Shown here piece after piece: positions 19,430-29,073 of a stretch of 64,000 nucleotides of DNA; positions within the stretch are counted from its first letter, which is position 1, and every line of letters begins with the position of its first letter. A program made the position numbers and the translations under genes. Origin of the DNA: Thermodesulfovibrionia bacterium (GTDB taxonomy: Bacteria; Nitrospirota; Thermodesulfovibrionia; UBA6902). The notes under the pieces were generated by a model, which worked only from the letters and a program-made list of their open reading frames with translations, did not search any database and was not told the DNA's origin. Location: assembly GCA_038918635.1 (NCBI GenBank), contig JBCKZY010000001.1:12050-76049 (forward strand), written 5' to 3'.

Positions 19430-20727
19430 GTTTGCATTATGTCCGGATTAGATATATATTTTGAATAATCTGAAATGATTTTTGCAATATCATCTTTAGA
19501 AAAAACGGTTTTTCTGTAACTTACACCAACATTCAAGACATCTTTGACCGTGGTCAGAGAAAATACAAGCGGGGTAACGGGCCCTGTTGAAACGGCCCTG
19601 AAGTAGTCTATTAGGGCCTTATCTTCAGTTTGATCCCAGATGGTGTTTAAATTTATATTAGATATGCCACCACACAGAGGATAATTCTTTGAGTAGAAAT
19701 TGTTGCGCCGCTTTCTGAAAAAAAAGGTGAGCAAAAAAAGAGCCAGGGCCTGGTCTAAAATTGTCCCGAGATAAAGCTTATCTCTCTTTATCTTCTCTGT
19801 GCGTAAGTGTATATCCTTTGCAAGGTCCTCAACTGGGATCCCTTCAGGTACGGAATGCGATATATTAAATGAACCCAGGAACATTCCAAATTTCCCGCAG
19901 TCATCTAAGGCTAAGTCCCTACGTATGTTGACTGAAGACACAACAGAGAGTTTTTTCCGTCTCGGCTCTAATCTTCGTTCTTCAGCCAAAGGAGAGAGGG
20001 TCTTCAGAATAATGGCAATAAAGACGTCATTCAGTGTTACACCCCAGCCCTTTGCCTTTTTTATCAGTGGTTGAAACCGCGGGGCACCGATAGAGAAATA
20101 GGCAAAGCCTACGCTCTGGTCGTTATAATCCGAATACCTCGGCCTGAAGGACGCCCTTAGGTCGGATATGTGTCCCGGAAGGCTGTACACCCATTTAAAG
20201 AGGCGTTTAGGATTAAGTAATGGGAGGCAGCTGAGACTACGCTGATAAAGGTTTAAGGGCTCATCAGGGATTTGAGAATTTCCGTCCATATAAGACCTGA
20301 CAATGCTTTTAAGCAGATAAACAATAGAATCTCCGCCTGAGATAAGATGATAATACACAATACCAAGGTAAAATGACCGCTCTTCAGTGACCGTGAAGAA
20401 CCTGAACGGAGTAATGCTGTCGCTTTTGTCAAAAGGCGTATTTAACTGTCTTTGAACTTCACCGCATAAAACAGGAATAGGGTCACCCTGCCCTTCAATA
20501 ATTTCAATTTCAGTATTTACGCTGCCGCCTTTAAAATGAAACCTCTTCCTCCTCCGGTCAACCTCAAGTCCGGTTAAACCCTTAATCTCCAAACACCTCT
20601 CTACAGTATCTTTCAGCCTTCCTAACTCAAGAGGTTCTGGAACTCTGACTACATGAACAGCATTATATGGGTGTATCTCGTCCCACAGCAATACCGTCCT
20701 TTGAGGAATGTTCAATTTACCTTTCAT
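19426..20727 (-). CDS. Condensation/CAT-fold-like acyltransferase candidate (degenerate HHxxxDG)
   Basis: 433 aa. VYYHLISGGDSIVYLLKSIV aligns by eye to HHxxxDGxS, with the second His retained but the Asp position occupied by Gly. No other motif recognised. Confidence 0.35.
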   Translation of the reverse strand: MKGKLNIPQRTVLLWDEIHPYNAVHVVRVPEPLELGRLKDTVERCLEIKGLTGLEVDRRRKRFHFKGGSVNTEIEIIEGQGDPIPVLCGEVQRQLNTPFDKSDSITPFRFFTVTEERSFYLGIVYYHLISGGDSIVYLLKSIVRSYMDGNSQIPDEPLNLYQRSLSCLPLLNPKRLFKWVYSLPGHISDLRASFRPRYSDYNDQSVGFAYFSIGAPRFQPLIKKAKGWGVTLNDVFIAIILKTLSPLAEERRLEPRRKKLSVVSSVNIRRDLALDDCGKFGMFLGSFNISHSVPEGIPVEDLAKDIHLRTEKIKRDKLYLGTILDQALALFLLTFFFRKRRNNFYSKNYPLCGGISNINLNTIWDQTEDKALIDYFRAVSTGPVTPLVFSLTTVKDVLNVGVSYRKTVFSKDDIAKIISDYSKYISNPDIMQT

Positions 20728-20738
20728 AACTATTCGGG

Positions 20739-21746
20739 TTAATTCTCAGATATCAGATCACTTTTGTCTTTGTACGTCTTCCAGCGATTATGGATCCAGA
20801 GGTACTGTTCCGGGTATTTTCTTATTATCGTCTCCATCGAACGGTTCATCTCACCGGTAAGACGAAAAATTTCAGCCTTCTCACTCTCAAAGCTCCCCGG
20901 GTAGATAGGATCAGAGACGAACCCTTCATAGGCCTGTCCGCCGGCCTTTCTGCAGCATGCCACGACAACAATCGGCCTGTTGTAAGTAATCGCCAAAATT
21001 GCCGGAACAGGGGTTGTCGTGGCCTTGCGGCCGAAATAATCAACGGAAACGCCCTTCATGGTGCTCTGGTCCGGCAGCATGCCGATTGATTTTCCCTGCT
21101 GCAGCATTCTTCGAAGCACAAAAAAAGCGTTCCTCTTTGGAATAATCAACTGTCCGCTGTCGGCTCGATGCGCATAGATAAGCCTTTCGAGGTAAGGGTT
21201 GTCAAGCGGTCTTACAACAACTGCAAGAGTTATTCCGACTACAGCGCTGATCGCCGGAAGGACCTCCCAGTTGCCGATATGCGGCGTTACAAATATACAG
21301 CCGCCTGCGTCATCATGTATTTTTCTGGCCTTTAAAAAGAGTTCATCAAGACCTTCTGTCGAGCGTCTTAGGCTGTTGATGGCATCCGGCCCCGTCAGGA
21401 GGGAACGGGATTTCATAACCTCCAGAAATGTGAGGAAGAATGATTGACAGCTCTGGCGGGCGATTCTCTTTATCTCGCCGTCGCTCTTTTCACCTTTAAA
21501 AGCTTTGCGGAGGTTATCTACAGCTATTTCGCGTCGACGTGCAGCAAGAAGATAAAGCAGATTACCCAGAAAACCGCTCACCGCGTTAAGTGCCCTGAAC
21601 GGCAGTATACCGGAGACCCGGAACAGAAGAGATACCGATATAAATTCGAGTATACAGATTAGCCGGTTTTTTTTTCGCTTTTTTTTCGCCACCCTATGCT
21701 TATGATACATCAAATCGCATGTATGTGTAATATCCTGCGGGACCAA
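20739..21746 (-). CDS. LpxL/HtrB-family (lipid A-type) lysophospholipid acyltransferase
   Basis: N-terminal TM segment, VTPHIGNWEV (HxGNWE), and C-terminal YPEQYLWIHNRWK. The ORF-track start is TTG at 21746; an ATG alternative lies at 21710. Confidence 0.7.
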   Translation of the reverse strand: MVPQDITHTCDLMYHKHRVAKKKRKKNRLICILEFISVSLLFRVSGILPFRALNAVSGFLGNLLYLLAARRREIAVDNLRKAFKGEKSDGEIKRIARQSCQSFFLTFLEVMKSRSLLTGPDAINSLRRSTEGLDELFLKARKIHDDAGGCIFVTPHIGNWEVLPAISAVVGITLAVVVRPLDNPYLERLIYAHRADSGQLIIPKRNAFFVLRRMLQQGKSIGMLPDQSTMKGVSVDYFGRKATTTPVPAILAITYNRPIVVVACCRKAGGQAYEGFVSDPIYPGSFESEKAEIFRLTGEMNRSMETIIRKYPEQYLWIHNRWKTYKDKSDLISEN

Positions 21747-21782
21747 AACTGTAAAGAATTTTGCGATGCCGTGATGTCAATC

Positions 21783-23078
21783 TTATCCCGTTTCAGTGCC
21801 GACCACCACTGATGAAGACTGACCACCTATACCGTAACTGACCGATATAAAATGCTCCTTATCACATTCCTGGGCAGTTCCGGCTATTCTAAGGTCCATA
21901 AATTCACTTTCAGCTTCATTAAAGTTTAGAGTGGCAGGGACCATCCCGTTCTTTACCGCCTTTAATCCAAATATGACCTCTGCGATATCACTTGCCGCGC
22001 CCATATGTCCGGTATACGGCTTCAACCCGCAGACCGGCACATCCTCTCTTTTATTGCCAAGCACCTTATGAACAGAATTCAACTCGGATCTGTCCCCTTT
22101 TCTGGTTCCGCTTCCATGCTGTATGATACAGGCAAGTTCCCCTGCTTCGATTCCCGCCTCATGGAGGGCCATGGTAATACTACGCCTGCTGACTTCCGGA
22201 GGAACCTCGATTCCATGTCCGGATGAGAACTCAATACAGTCTCCAAACCCCTTTATATTTCCGATCGGTTCTGCTCCTCTCTCCCGGGCAGTCTCAGATG
22301 ACTCCAGGAAGAGCGCGGCTCCCCCCTCTCCAGCGATAAAACCATCCCTGGACCTGTCAAAAGGCCTGAAGGAGCCAGCTCCGTCCCTACACCTTGAAAG
22401 TATTCCAAGGCCTTCGAGTTCGTAAAGAGAGAGCTCTGTTATCCAGTTGCAGCACCCTACCGCCATCGCGATATCTGCCTTGCCCTGCTTAATACTCCTG
22501 TACGCGTGTTCAATCGCCTGTCCCCCGCACGGCGAGAGGCTGGCCAGGCTCGTGTTAGGACCCATGAACTCAAAGTATGCTGACAAAAAACTGAACAGGT
22601 TATTATAAATGGACTCAAGCAGAAAAAAAGGATTTACGTTATCCAGAGTGGACCTGTTCAGTTTTTCATAATCCATCTCTTCCCACTTACCGCCGGTTCC
22701 GTCCTTTGTAGCCTGAAACATGAAGTCATACCCCACCTTGGTAAAGTCTCCTGAGCCGATATATAGCGCCCTGCGTTCCGGCGGTATCTTTGACATCTGT
22801 ATCCCGCATTGGGAGACCGCCTCACGGGCTGAGGCAAATCCGAGAAGAGATCCGCGATTAAGGAACTTCATCTGGCTTAACAGCTTGGGAGAAATATCAT
22901 CCGGGTTTTTAAAATTACTCACCTTGCCGGCATATGTTAAAAAGTCGGGCGCGTCATCCTTAGGGTAATGCAAGATACCCGTCTTCATCGCGCTCATGTT
23001 CTGCCAGTTCTCCTCAACACTGCCGCCAAGGGACGTTACAAGCCCGGCGCCGGTTATAACAACTTCTCTCTCCTTCAT
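21783..23078 (-). CDS. Beta-ketoacyl synthase paralogue with Ser at the catalytic Cys position (KS variant)
   Basis: KS fold throughout. NTSLASLSPCGGQAIE aligns with NTSIVSACAAGAQAIG of the neighbouring KS, placing Ser where Cys is expected. Both His contexts are retained (QHGSGT, TGHMG). Confidence 0.7.
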   Translation of the reverse strand: MKEREVVITGAGLVTSLGGSVEENWQNMSAMKTGILHYPKDDAPDFLTYAGKVSNFKNPDDISPKLLSQMKFLNRGSLLGFASAREAVSQCGIQMSKIPPERRALYIGSGDFTKVGYDFMFQATKDGTGGKWEEMDYEKLNRSTLDNVNPFFLLESIYNNLFSFLSAYFEFMGPNTSLASLSPCGGQAIEHAYRSIKQGKADIAMAVGCCNWITELSLYELEGLGILSRCRDGAGSFRPFDRSRDGFIAGEGGAALFLESSETARERGAEPIGNIKGFGDCIEFSSGHGIEVPPEVSRRSITMALHEAGIEAGELACIIQHGSGTRKGDRSELNSVHKVLGNKREDVPVCGLKPYTGHMGAASDIAEVIFGLKAVKNGMVPATLNFNEAESEFMDLRIAGTAQECDKEHFISVSYGIGGQSSSVVVGTETG

Positions 23079-23080
23079 TA

Positions 23081-23533
23081 TTATAAATTTAACTCCCTGG
23101 TCAAAAGCTGAAAAAATCTCTTCTGATCGCTCACATCTTCAATCTCAGATAGCGGCACAATTTCTCCCTCAAATTCCGTTCTGATCTTCTTCTTACCGTG
23201 TACCGTCCCGACTCCGGAGTAGACCCTGATATCCGTCTCCTTATCGGATATATTCCTCACCTCAAGCTCTACCTGGTCGCCGGGAAGGGCAAAGCCGTAA
23301 AAATTACTTTTTCTAACTTTGTTGATCAGAAACCAGCTGGTAAAGTCCGAAGAGGCCGCCTCAAGCCAACCGGCTAACTGGGCAAGAGACTCCAAAAGCA
23401 TGACTCCCGGCATAATGGGGTTTTTGGGGAAATGGAACTCAAGGAAATCCTCACTCATGGCAACGTTCTTGACCCCCCTGATCAACTCGCCGGACTTATA
23501 CTCAGTGATATGATCGATCAATAAGTAACGCAT
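23081..23533 (-). CDS. FabZ/FabA-like hot-dog beta-hydroxyacyl-ACP dehydratase
   Basis: FLEFHFPKNPIMPGVMLLESLAQLAG (His and Glu contexts). 150 aa. It ends 2 nt before the next gene starts. Confidence 0.75.
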   Translation of the reverse strand: MRYLLIDHITEYKSGELIRGVKNVAMSEDFLEFHFPKNPIMPGVMLLESLAQLAGWLEAASSDFTSWFLINKVRKSNFYGFALPGDQVELEVRNISDKETDIRVYSGVGTVHGKKKIRTEFEGEIVPLSEIEDVSDQKRFFQLLTRELNL

Positions 23534-23825
23534 CGTCTTTTATGCCCCCCATGATGTAATACCTTTCTCACCTAGAACCATGTTATAACTCATCAGATAG
23601 ACTCTGATCCCGCGCTTACAGCTGTGTTACATGGTGGTCTCTGATAATGAACTACCCCGCAGCAGAGCTGCAAGGTATCTCCCCTCCCCCCGATAAAAGA
23701 CTCGGGACAGGCCCGTCAAGGGGGAGGGAAATTGGATTAACCCCGATGCAAAACATCGAGGAATTCTCTTGATTAAACTGTTTCCTGTATCAAAAAAAAT
23801 ATATTTGTTTGGATAAAAACCAGTT

Positions 23826-24224
23826 TCATGATACATCTGCCTTATCACCCATCAGGATTACGGTTGCAACAGCATACTGTGCCGAATGTGAAATGGAGAC
23901 GGTTAACTGTCGTATCTTCTTCTTTCTGCCCATCTTTTCCGCCCAGCCGCTAATCGAGAGCCCGGGTTTCCCCGAAGGAGTTGAAGAGACCTCGATCTCC
24001 TGAAGCGTGTTATCAATACCGGAAAGCCCCATGCCCAGCGCCTTCATACATGCCTCTTTCGCGGCAAACCTGCCCGCGAAATGTTTATAAGGCTCTTTCA
24101 TGGAAAGACAGTACTTCCTTTCGCCTTCAGTAAATATTTCTGAAACCAGGTCCTTATTCCTCAAAAAGAGATCAGCAAACTTCGGTATCTCTACAAGGTC
24201 AACTCCCTGATATACCTGCATCAT
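23826..24224 (-). CDS. acpS: Holo-ACP synthase (AcpS-type 4'-phosphopantetheinyl transferase)
   Basis: GVDLVEI, FTEGERKY, FAGRFAAKEACMKALG, ISHSAQYAVATV. 132 aa. 4-nt overlap with the upstream KR gene. Confidence 0.8.
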   Translation of the reverse strand: MMQVYQGVDLVEIPKFADLFLRNKDLVSEIFTEGERKYCLSMKEPYKHFAGRFAAKEACMKALGMGLSGIDNTLQEIEVSSTPSGKPGLSISGWAEKMGRKKKIRQLTVSISHSAQYAVATVILMGDKADVS

Positions 24225-24973
24225 GAGATACTTAACCCCCCATCAACAGATATTGTCTGCCCTGTTACATAGTCTGCCATGTCAGAAGCAAGAAAGAGCA
24301 CAAGGTTTGCAACATCCACCGGCTCACCAAACCTGCCCAGAGGGATCCGCTCAAGGATACTTTCACCTGCCCTCTTTCTGACACGGGTGCTCATCTCTGT
24401 ACGGATCATCCCCGGCAATACTGCGTTCACCTGAATCCCCCTTGATGCCAGTTCAACTGCACATGCCCGGGTAAAAGCGGTTAACCCTCCTTTTGAAGAC
24501 GCGTAATTCGTCTGCCCGCGTCCACCCCGTATCGCGCCGATCGAGGCGATATTGATAATCTTTCCGGAGCGGCCGGCCATCATCATCTCCCCGGCTCTCC
24601 GGGTGCAGAGGAAAGCTCCCCTAAGGTTAACATTGTGGACATCGTCCCAGTCTGAGAGCTCCATCGCGAACAAAAGATTGTCTTTGATAATCCCGGCATT
24701 ATTAACAAGTATATCCAGTCTGCTGAAACCATCACTTATATATTGAAAAAGCGCTTCAACCTCTTCGGGTTTGGATATATCCGCCTGAAAAATATCAGCG
24801 GAATGTCTTTTCTCTAATATCTCGTCTCTCAGCTCCGCGGCCTGTTTTTCGGACCTGCTGAAATTAATGATAACCTTTGCACCTGCTTCTGAAAGGCGCA
24901 GGCATATCTCTCTTCCGATCCCGCGTGCCCCACCTGTTACAAGGGCAACCTTATCTGATAAATTAATTTGCAT
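24221..24973 (-). CDS. 3-oxoacyl-ACP reductase (FabG-like SDR)
   Basis: TGGARGIG, NNAGI, and the YASSKGG (YxxxK) catalytic motif. 250 aa. Confidence 0.8.
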   Translation of the reverse strand: MQINLSDKVALVTGGARGIGREICLRLSEAGAKVIINFSRSEKQAAELRDEILEKRHSADIFQADISKPEEVEALFQYISDGFSRLDILVNNAGIIKDNLLFAMELSDWDDVHNVNLRGAFLCTRRAGEMMMAGRSGKIINIASIGAIRGGRGQTNYASSKGGLTAFTRACAVELASRGIQVNAVLPGMIRTEMSTRVRKRAGESILERIPLGRFGEPVDVANLVLFLASDMADYVTGQTISVDGGLSIS

Positions 24974-25106
24974 ATTTTATCTCCATGCGGCAATGTTCGT
25001 TTTTCAAATATCTATTATAGACCGAATAGTATTAATTTTGGTTCTACCGGCTTTTGTGTAGATTGTTCTGTCAACTACACCATACAAAAGAGCAGATCGC
25101 ATATTT

Positions 25107-25165
25107 CCCCTCTTTTGCAAAGACCAGTTGCTCCGCCCCGAGGCGAGGGGGGCAGGGGAGATTTT
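25107..25165 (+). repeat. 58-bp conserved repeat core (copy inside the lipid cluster)
   Basis: See 17556-17613. It is embedded in a roughly 300-bp composite repeat filling the KR-KS intergenic gap 24974-25369. Confidence 0.85.
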
Positions 25166-25369
25166 ATGAATAATAAAGAGTTCCATATTCTTTTCCTTTA
25201 CACTTAAGACTCTATTCAAGCAAAGCATAATCTATGAAATCCCCCTCTATCCCCCTTTACTAAAGGGGGAGGTTAAAATAACATCCTACATAACTGAAAA
25301 GATTACATAAGTTTATAAGTTGTTTCCACACTATTGCTGAAAGAACCTTAATTTTATATCTTTATATTT

Positions 25370-26668
25370 TTACCAGCTATCCCGCACCCTATATTTTCTT
25401 ACAACAACAGTAGCATTTTGCCCGCCAAAACCAAAAGAATTCGATAGCGCGGCATTAACCGTTCCTGCCCTTTTTCCCTCGGCAACATAATCAAGGTCAC
25501 ACTTCGGGTCCGGGTTCGTAAGATTGATTGTCGGATGTATTTCATCCCGGTTAACGCTCAGGACTGTATAGATAAACTCTGGGCCGCCTGCCGCCGCGAT
25601 CAGGTGTCCTATCATTGATTTACTCGAGCTGATCGGCAGATTATAGGCATGATCACCAAAGACCTTCTTGATCGCCAGGGTTTCCGTGCTGTCATTCAGT
25701 TTTGTGCCGGTCCCATGAGCATTAATATAATCCACTTCCCCGGGCCTCATGCCTGCATCCTCAAGTGACGACCGCATTGCCCTCTCGGCCCCCCGACCCT
25801 GAGGGTGCGGCGCTGTTACCTGAAACGCGTCCATGCTTGTGCCATAACCGGCAACCTCCGCATAGATCCTTGCCCCTCTCTTCAGCGCCCTGCCTTCCTC
25901 TTCAAGGACAACCACCCCCGCGCCTTCCCCCATCACCAGCCCGGACCTCTTTCTGTCAAAAGGTCTGCATGCTTTCTCCGGGGACTCAGATGAGATCGCC
26001 GCCGCTTTTAAAAGCACAAATGTAATAAGCCCTACCGGGTTAATCATTGAATCAGCGCCGCCGGCCAGGATCATTTCTGCGTCACCTCTCCGGATCATTC
26101 TGTATCCCATACCGATTGCCTGAGTAGCGGCGGCACATGCTGAAGTTATTGTTGCGTTGTAACCGTTTAATCCATACTTTCTGGCTATCAGAGCAGAAGG
26201 TCTGTTTGAATTATTTCGTATCAGTGATTCCCTGTGGACCGAACCGTATTCTCTGCCGAACCTGCGGTAATCGAAGGTGCCGTCGCCGTCCGTCCAGCGC
26301 TGGAGATCTTCAGGCCTGTTTATGCCGAGCCCTGCGGCGAGAATTACTCCGCAGCGATCTGTACCGCCGTCATGATTCAAACTGCCCGAATCACCAAGTG
26401 CTGAATGAGCCGCCCATAAGGCAAAGAGGGTCCTCCTCTCTCCTTCAGCATCAGCCTCTCTCTTAAGAGCGCCCCTGATACTCTTCAGGTCATCCTCTTT
26501 CACCCCGCCTGCCGCCTTAACGGGCAGACCAACCGAACCGGGCAAAGAGATGCTTTTAATTCCTGATTCTCCAGCGAGGACACTCTTCCAGTTCTCTTCA
26601 ATATGCAGACCGAGCGGGGTGACGATCCCGAGTCCGGTAATAACAACCCTTTTCCTACTGCTCACCAT
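25370..26668 (-). CDS. Beta-ketoacyl-ACP synthase, FabF-like, canonical Cys-His-His
   Basis: TSACAAATQAIG (Cys), NAHGTGTKLND (His), SKSMIGHLIAAAG (His), C-terminal SFGFGGQNA. Confidence 0.85.
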   Translation of the reverse strand: MVSSRKRVVITGLGIVTPLGLHIEENWKSVLAGESGIKSISLPGSVGLPVKAAGGVKEDDLKSIRGALKREADAEGERRTLFALWAAHSALGDSGSLNHDGGTDRCGVILAAGLGINRPEDLQRWTDGDGTFDYRRFGREYGSVHRESLIRNNSNRPSALIARKYGLNGYNATITSACAAATQAIGMGYRMIRRGDAEMILAGGADSMINPVGLITFVLLKAAAISSESPEKACRPFDRKRSGLVMGEGAGVVVLEEEGRALKRGARIYAEVAGYGTSMDAFQVTAPHPQGRGAERAMRSSLEDAGMRPGEVDYINAHGTGTKLNDSTETLAIKKVFGDHAYNLPISSSKSMIGHLIAAAGGPEFIYTVLSVNRDEIHPTINLTNPDPKCDLDYVAEGKRAGTVNAALSNSFGFGGQNATVVVRKYRVRDSW

Positions 26669-26671
26669 GAC

Positions 26672-27115
26672 TTATCTGTTCCGGATACCGCTGTAATATC
26701 GGAACTTTTCTTTAAGCTCATCAGGGCTTATCCGCTGAAAATGAGTGTAAATTGTACGGTTCATAGAAGCGATAAGCTTACCTTCTGAGTACATCTCCGC
26801 TCTGCCCAGAGTATCTCTTTTGGACGTTGATATGATCTCAGCGTGGATCTCGGCTGTAAAACCGGGCCTTAATTGAGCTGAAAAATGGACGTCTTCAATC
26901 AAAGACATAATGGCCGCGAGTTTGAAGTCATGTGAATACATGATCAGCCATCCAAGGAGCTGCGCCATCGCCTCAATCATGATGACTCCGGGCACAAGGG
27001 CAACTTTGCTGAAGTGCCCTCTCAGAAACTCCTCGGAAAGGGCAAATGATTTGACCCCCCTGATAGAAGCGCCCTTCTCTATACTGTCTACCCTGTCATA
27101 AAATAAAAACCGCAT
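26672..27115 (-). CDS. FabZ/FabA-like hot-dog dehydratase (second copy)
   Basis: FLRGHFSKVALVPGVIMIEAMAQLLG. 147 aa. Confidence 0.75.
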   Translation of the reverse strand: MRFLFYDRVDSIEKGASIRGVKSFALSEEFLRGHFSKVALVPGVIMIEAMAQLLGWLIMYSHDFKLAAIMSLIEDVHFSAQLRPGFTAEIHAEIISTSKRDTLGRAEMYSEGKLIASMNRTIYTHFQRISPDELKEKFRYYSGIRNR

Positions 27116-27395
27116 TCACACCTCTTTTTGCCACAGATTAACGCTGATTTTTCTTTTTTTATAAACTATGTAAATCACCATTGCTGTCATACCCGCGAAG
27201 CTTGTCCCAGCAGGCAGTAAGCAGGGAGCGGGTATCCAGATGTTTTTGATTTCACAAAATACTGGATTCCCGATAAAAACCTCGGGCCTGTCCCGATTTA
27301 TCGGGGAATGACAAATAAAGACTCTTCTGAAAGCCTCCCCAACATAAATACCATAAGGCTTATCTTTATCCGTGTCAATCCGTGAAGGTCCGTGG
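27116..27395. repeat. Composite repeat filling the CLF-DH intergenic gap (gccacagatt word, gtcataccc MITE 27185-27311, ccgtg word array)
   Basis: Built entirely from modules seen elsewhere in the window. ORF 27116-27409 in the track lies within it and is rejected. Confidence 0.75.
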
Positions 27396-28673
27396 CTAAA
27401 CAGCCTCAATAATCAGGGAAGCACACTGCCCTTCATAACTCTGGCAGTTTACCATAATACGGCCTGATTTTTTCTTTAACGGCACGTCACTGACAAGTTG
27501 AAACCTGATCTCTTCATCCAGCGGTTCCGGTGTTAGGACCGCGGGAATGACGCCATTCTCAATCATATAAAGAGCAAGGATGACATCAACGGCCGGAGCA
27601 CCGGCATACATATGTCCCAGAGCGCTCTTTGATGAATACACAGTTATTGTATCGACACAGTCTGAAAAAACGGTATGGACCGCCTCCATCTCATTGGCAT
27701 CGCCCCGGTGCGTTCCGTCCCCGTTCGCAATAATAACATCTATATCTTTTGCGTCTACCCCTGCCTTCTCCAAAGCGGCCCGCATCGAACGGGTAATCGC
27801 GTCTGTCGTCGGAGCCGGATAATCTTTCCCCATCCCGAAAGAAGATCCATAACCGGTAATCATAGCCCTGTACGGGATACCGCGGTCATCCGCGGAGGAT
27901 TTCAGCTCAAGCGCGATCATGCCGCACCCTTCGCCCGGAACAGTCCCATTCCGGTCCGCGCTAAAAGGTCTGCAAGGGTTTTTATGGTCGGAGTCTTTTG
28001 TATTCAGGGTGTTTGACAGGTGGGCACGTGCAAGGCCTGATGGTGAGACCTTTTCGCTTACACCCCCGGCAAGAACCACCTTCGCCCTTTTATCGATAAG
28101 GACCTCAACCGCTTCTGAAATCGCCTGTATCCCTGAGTCGGCATGAGGGGAAAATACCGCGTTTTCACCCCGTATATCAAGACTGATGGCAACCTGACAG
28201 AAGCTTATATTATTGAGCATGGAGAGAGGCCAGAGGGGAAAGATCTCCTGATACCCTTCTGAGAAGAACTTTTCATAGCTGAAATTTCCCTGAGAATCTC
28301 TTGATTTCAGGACAGCCGGAAGCAGGTCATCCACCTTATAGTCAACCATTCCCATACCGGCAAATAGTCCTATCTCCTCTCCCGGGATACCCTGTCTGGC
28401 GATACCGGCCTGCGCGTAAGCGTCATGCGCGCATTTCATCAGCATAAAGGAGTGTTTGTCCATGATCCGGGCATCCCGGGGATGTATCTCCAGACCTGCA
28501 ACGTCAAGCCCGTTAACCTGCGCCGCCACACAACAGTCAAAACCGCTTGCGTCAAAATCTTTAATGGGCTTTATGCCGCTTCTGCCGGCAAGCAGAGAAT
28601 CCCATGTCTCCCGTGCCGTATGCCCGAGAGAACTTATAAGCCCCGTACCTGTCACTACGATACGATCGTCCAT
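27396..28673 (-). CDS. KS-like chain-length-factor-type protein (catalytic Cys replaced by Ala, first His lost)
   Basis: KS fold, but ENAVFSPHADSGIQAIS aligns Ala at the Cys position. IANGDGTHRGD replaces xAHGTGT. The second His is retained (ALGHMYAG). Confidence 0.7.
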   Translation of the reverse strand: MDDRIVVTGTGLISSLGHTARETWDSLLAGRSGIKPIKDFDASGFDCCVAAQVNGLDVAGLEIHPRDARIMDKHSFMLMKCAHDAYAQAGIARQGIPGEEIGLFAGMGMVDYKVDDLLPAVLKSRDSQGNFSYEKFFSEGYQEIFPLWPLSMLNNISFCQVAISLDIRGENAVFSPHADSGIQAISEAVEVLIDKRAKVVLAGGVSEKVSPSGLARAHLSNTLNTKDSDHKNPCRPFSADRNGTVPGEGCGMIALELKSSADDRGIPYRAMITGYGSSFGMGKDYPAPTTDAITRSMRAALEKAGVDAKDIDVIIANGDGTHRGDANEMEAVHTVFSDCVDTITVYSSKSALGHMYAGAPAVDVILALYMIENGVIPAVLTPEPLDEEIRFQLVSDVPLKKKSGRIMVNCQSYEGQCASLIIEAV

Positions 28674-29007
28674 AAATAAAATAATACAGGATGCGGGATG
28701 TGGGATACAAGGCAGAAGAGTATTGATTGTGGGCAGAAGACTTACTTTTTCTACAGGATATATTTATTGTTTTTTCTGTTTATAATGCTGCAATCTAGGC
28801 GTTGAGTACTGTTATCTTCTATCCTAAAACCTGTAAAAATTGAAGGTTGCAAAAAGTAATCTTGTCTCCCCAACACCAAGCTGATATAATGATGGCAGTA
28901 CGAATAAAATACTCTTTAATATATTAAAGTCAGAAAGTGGAAATATTGATGTGGAACTATCACCGCTTATCCCTCCCCTGAGATATATCCCTACACGCAA
29001 CAAAATG

Positions 29008-29035
29008 TTGCAAAAAAAAGCTTCTGGCCTATAAA
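29008..29035 (+). promoter_or_regulatory. Candidate sigma70-type promoter for 29074-29739
   Basis: TTGCAA, a 16-nt spacer, then TATAAA, about 40 nt upstream of the ATG. A gcaaca-aaa-tgttgc palindrome overlaps the -35. Pattern match only. Confidence 0.3.
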
Positions 29036-29073
29036 ATCTAATTGATAATGAAATCAATTTTTTATCATATAAA

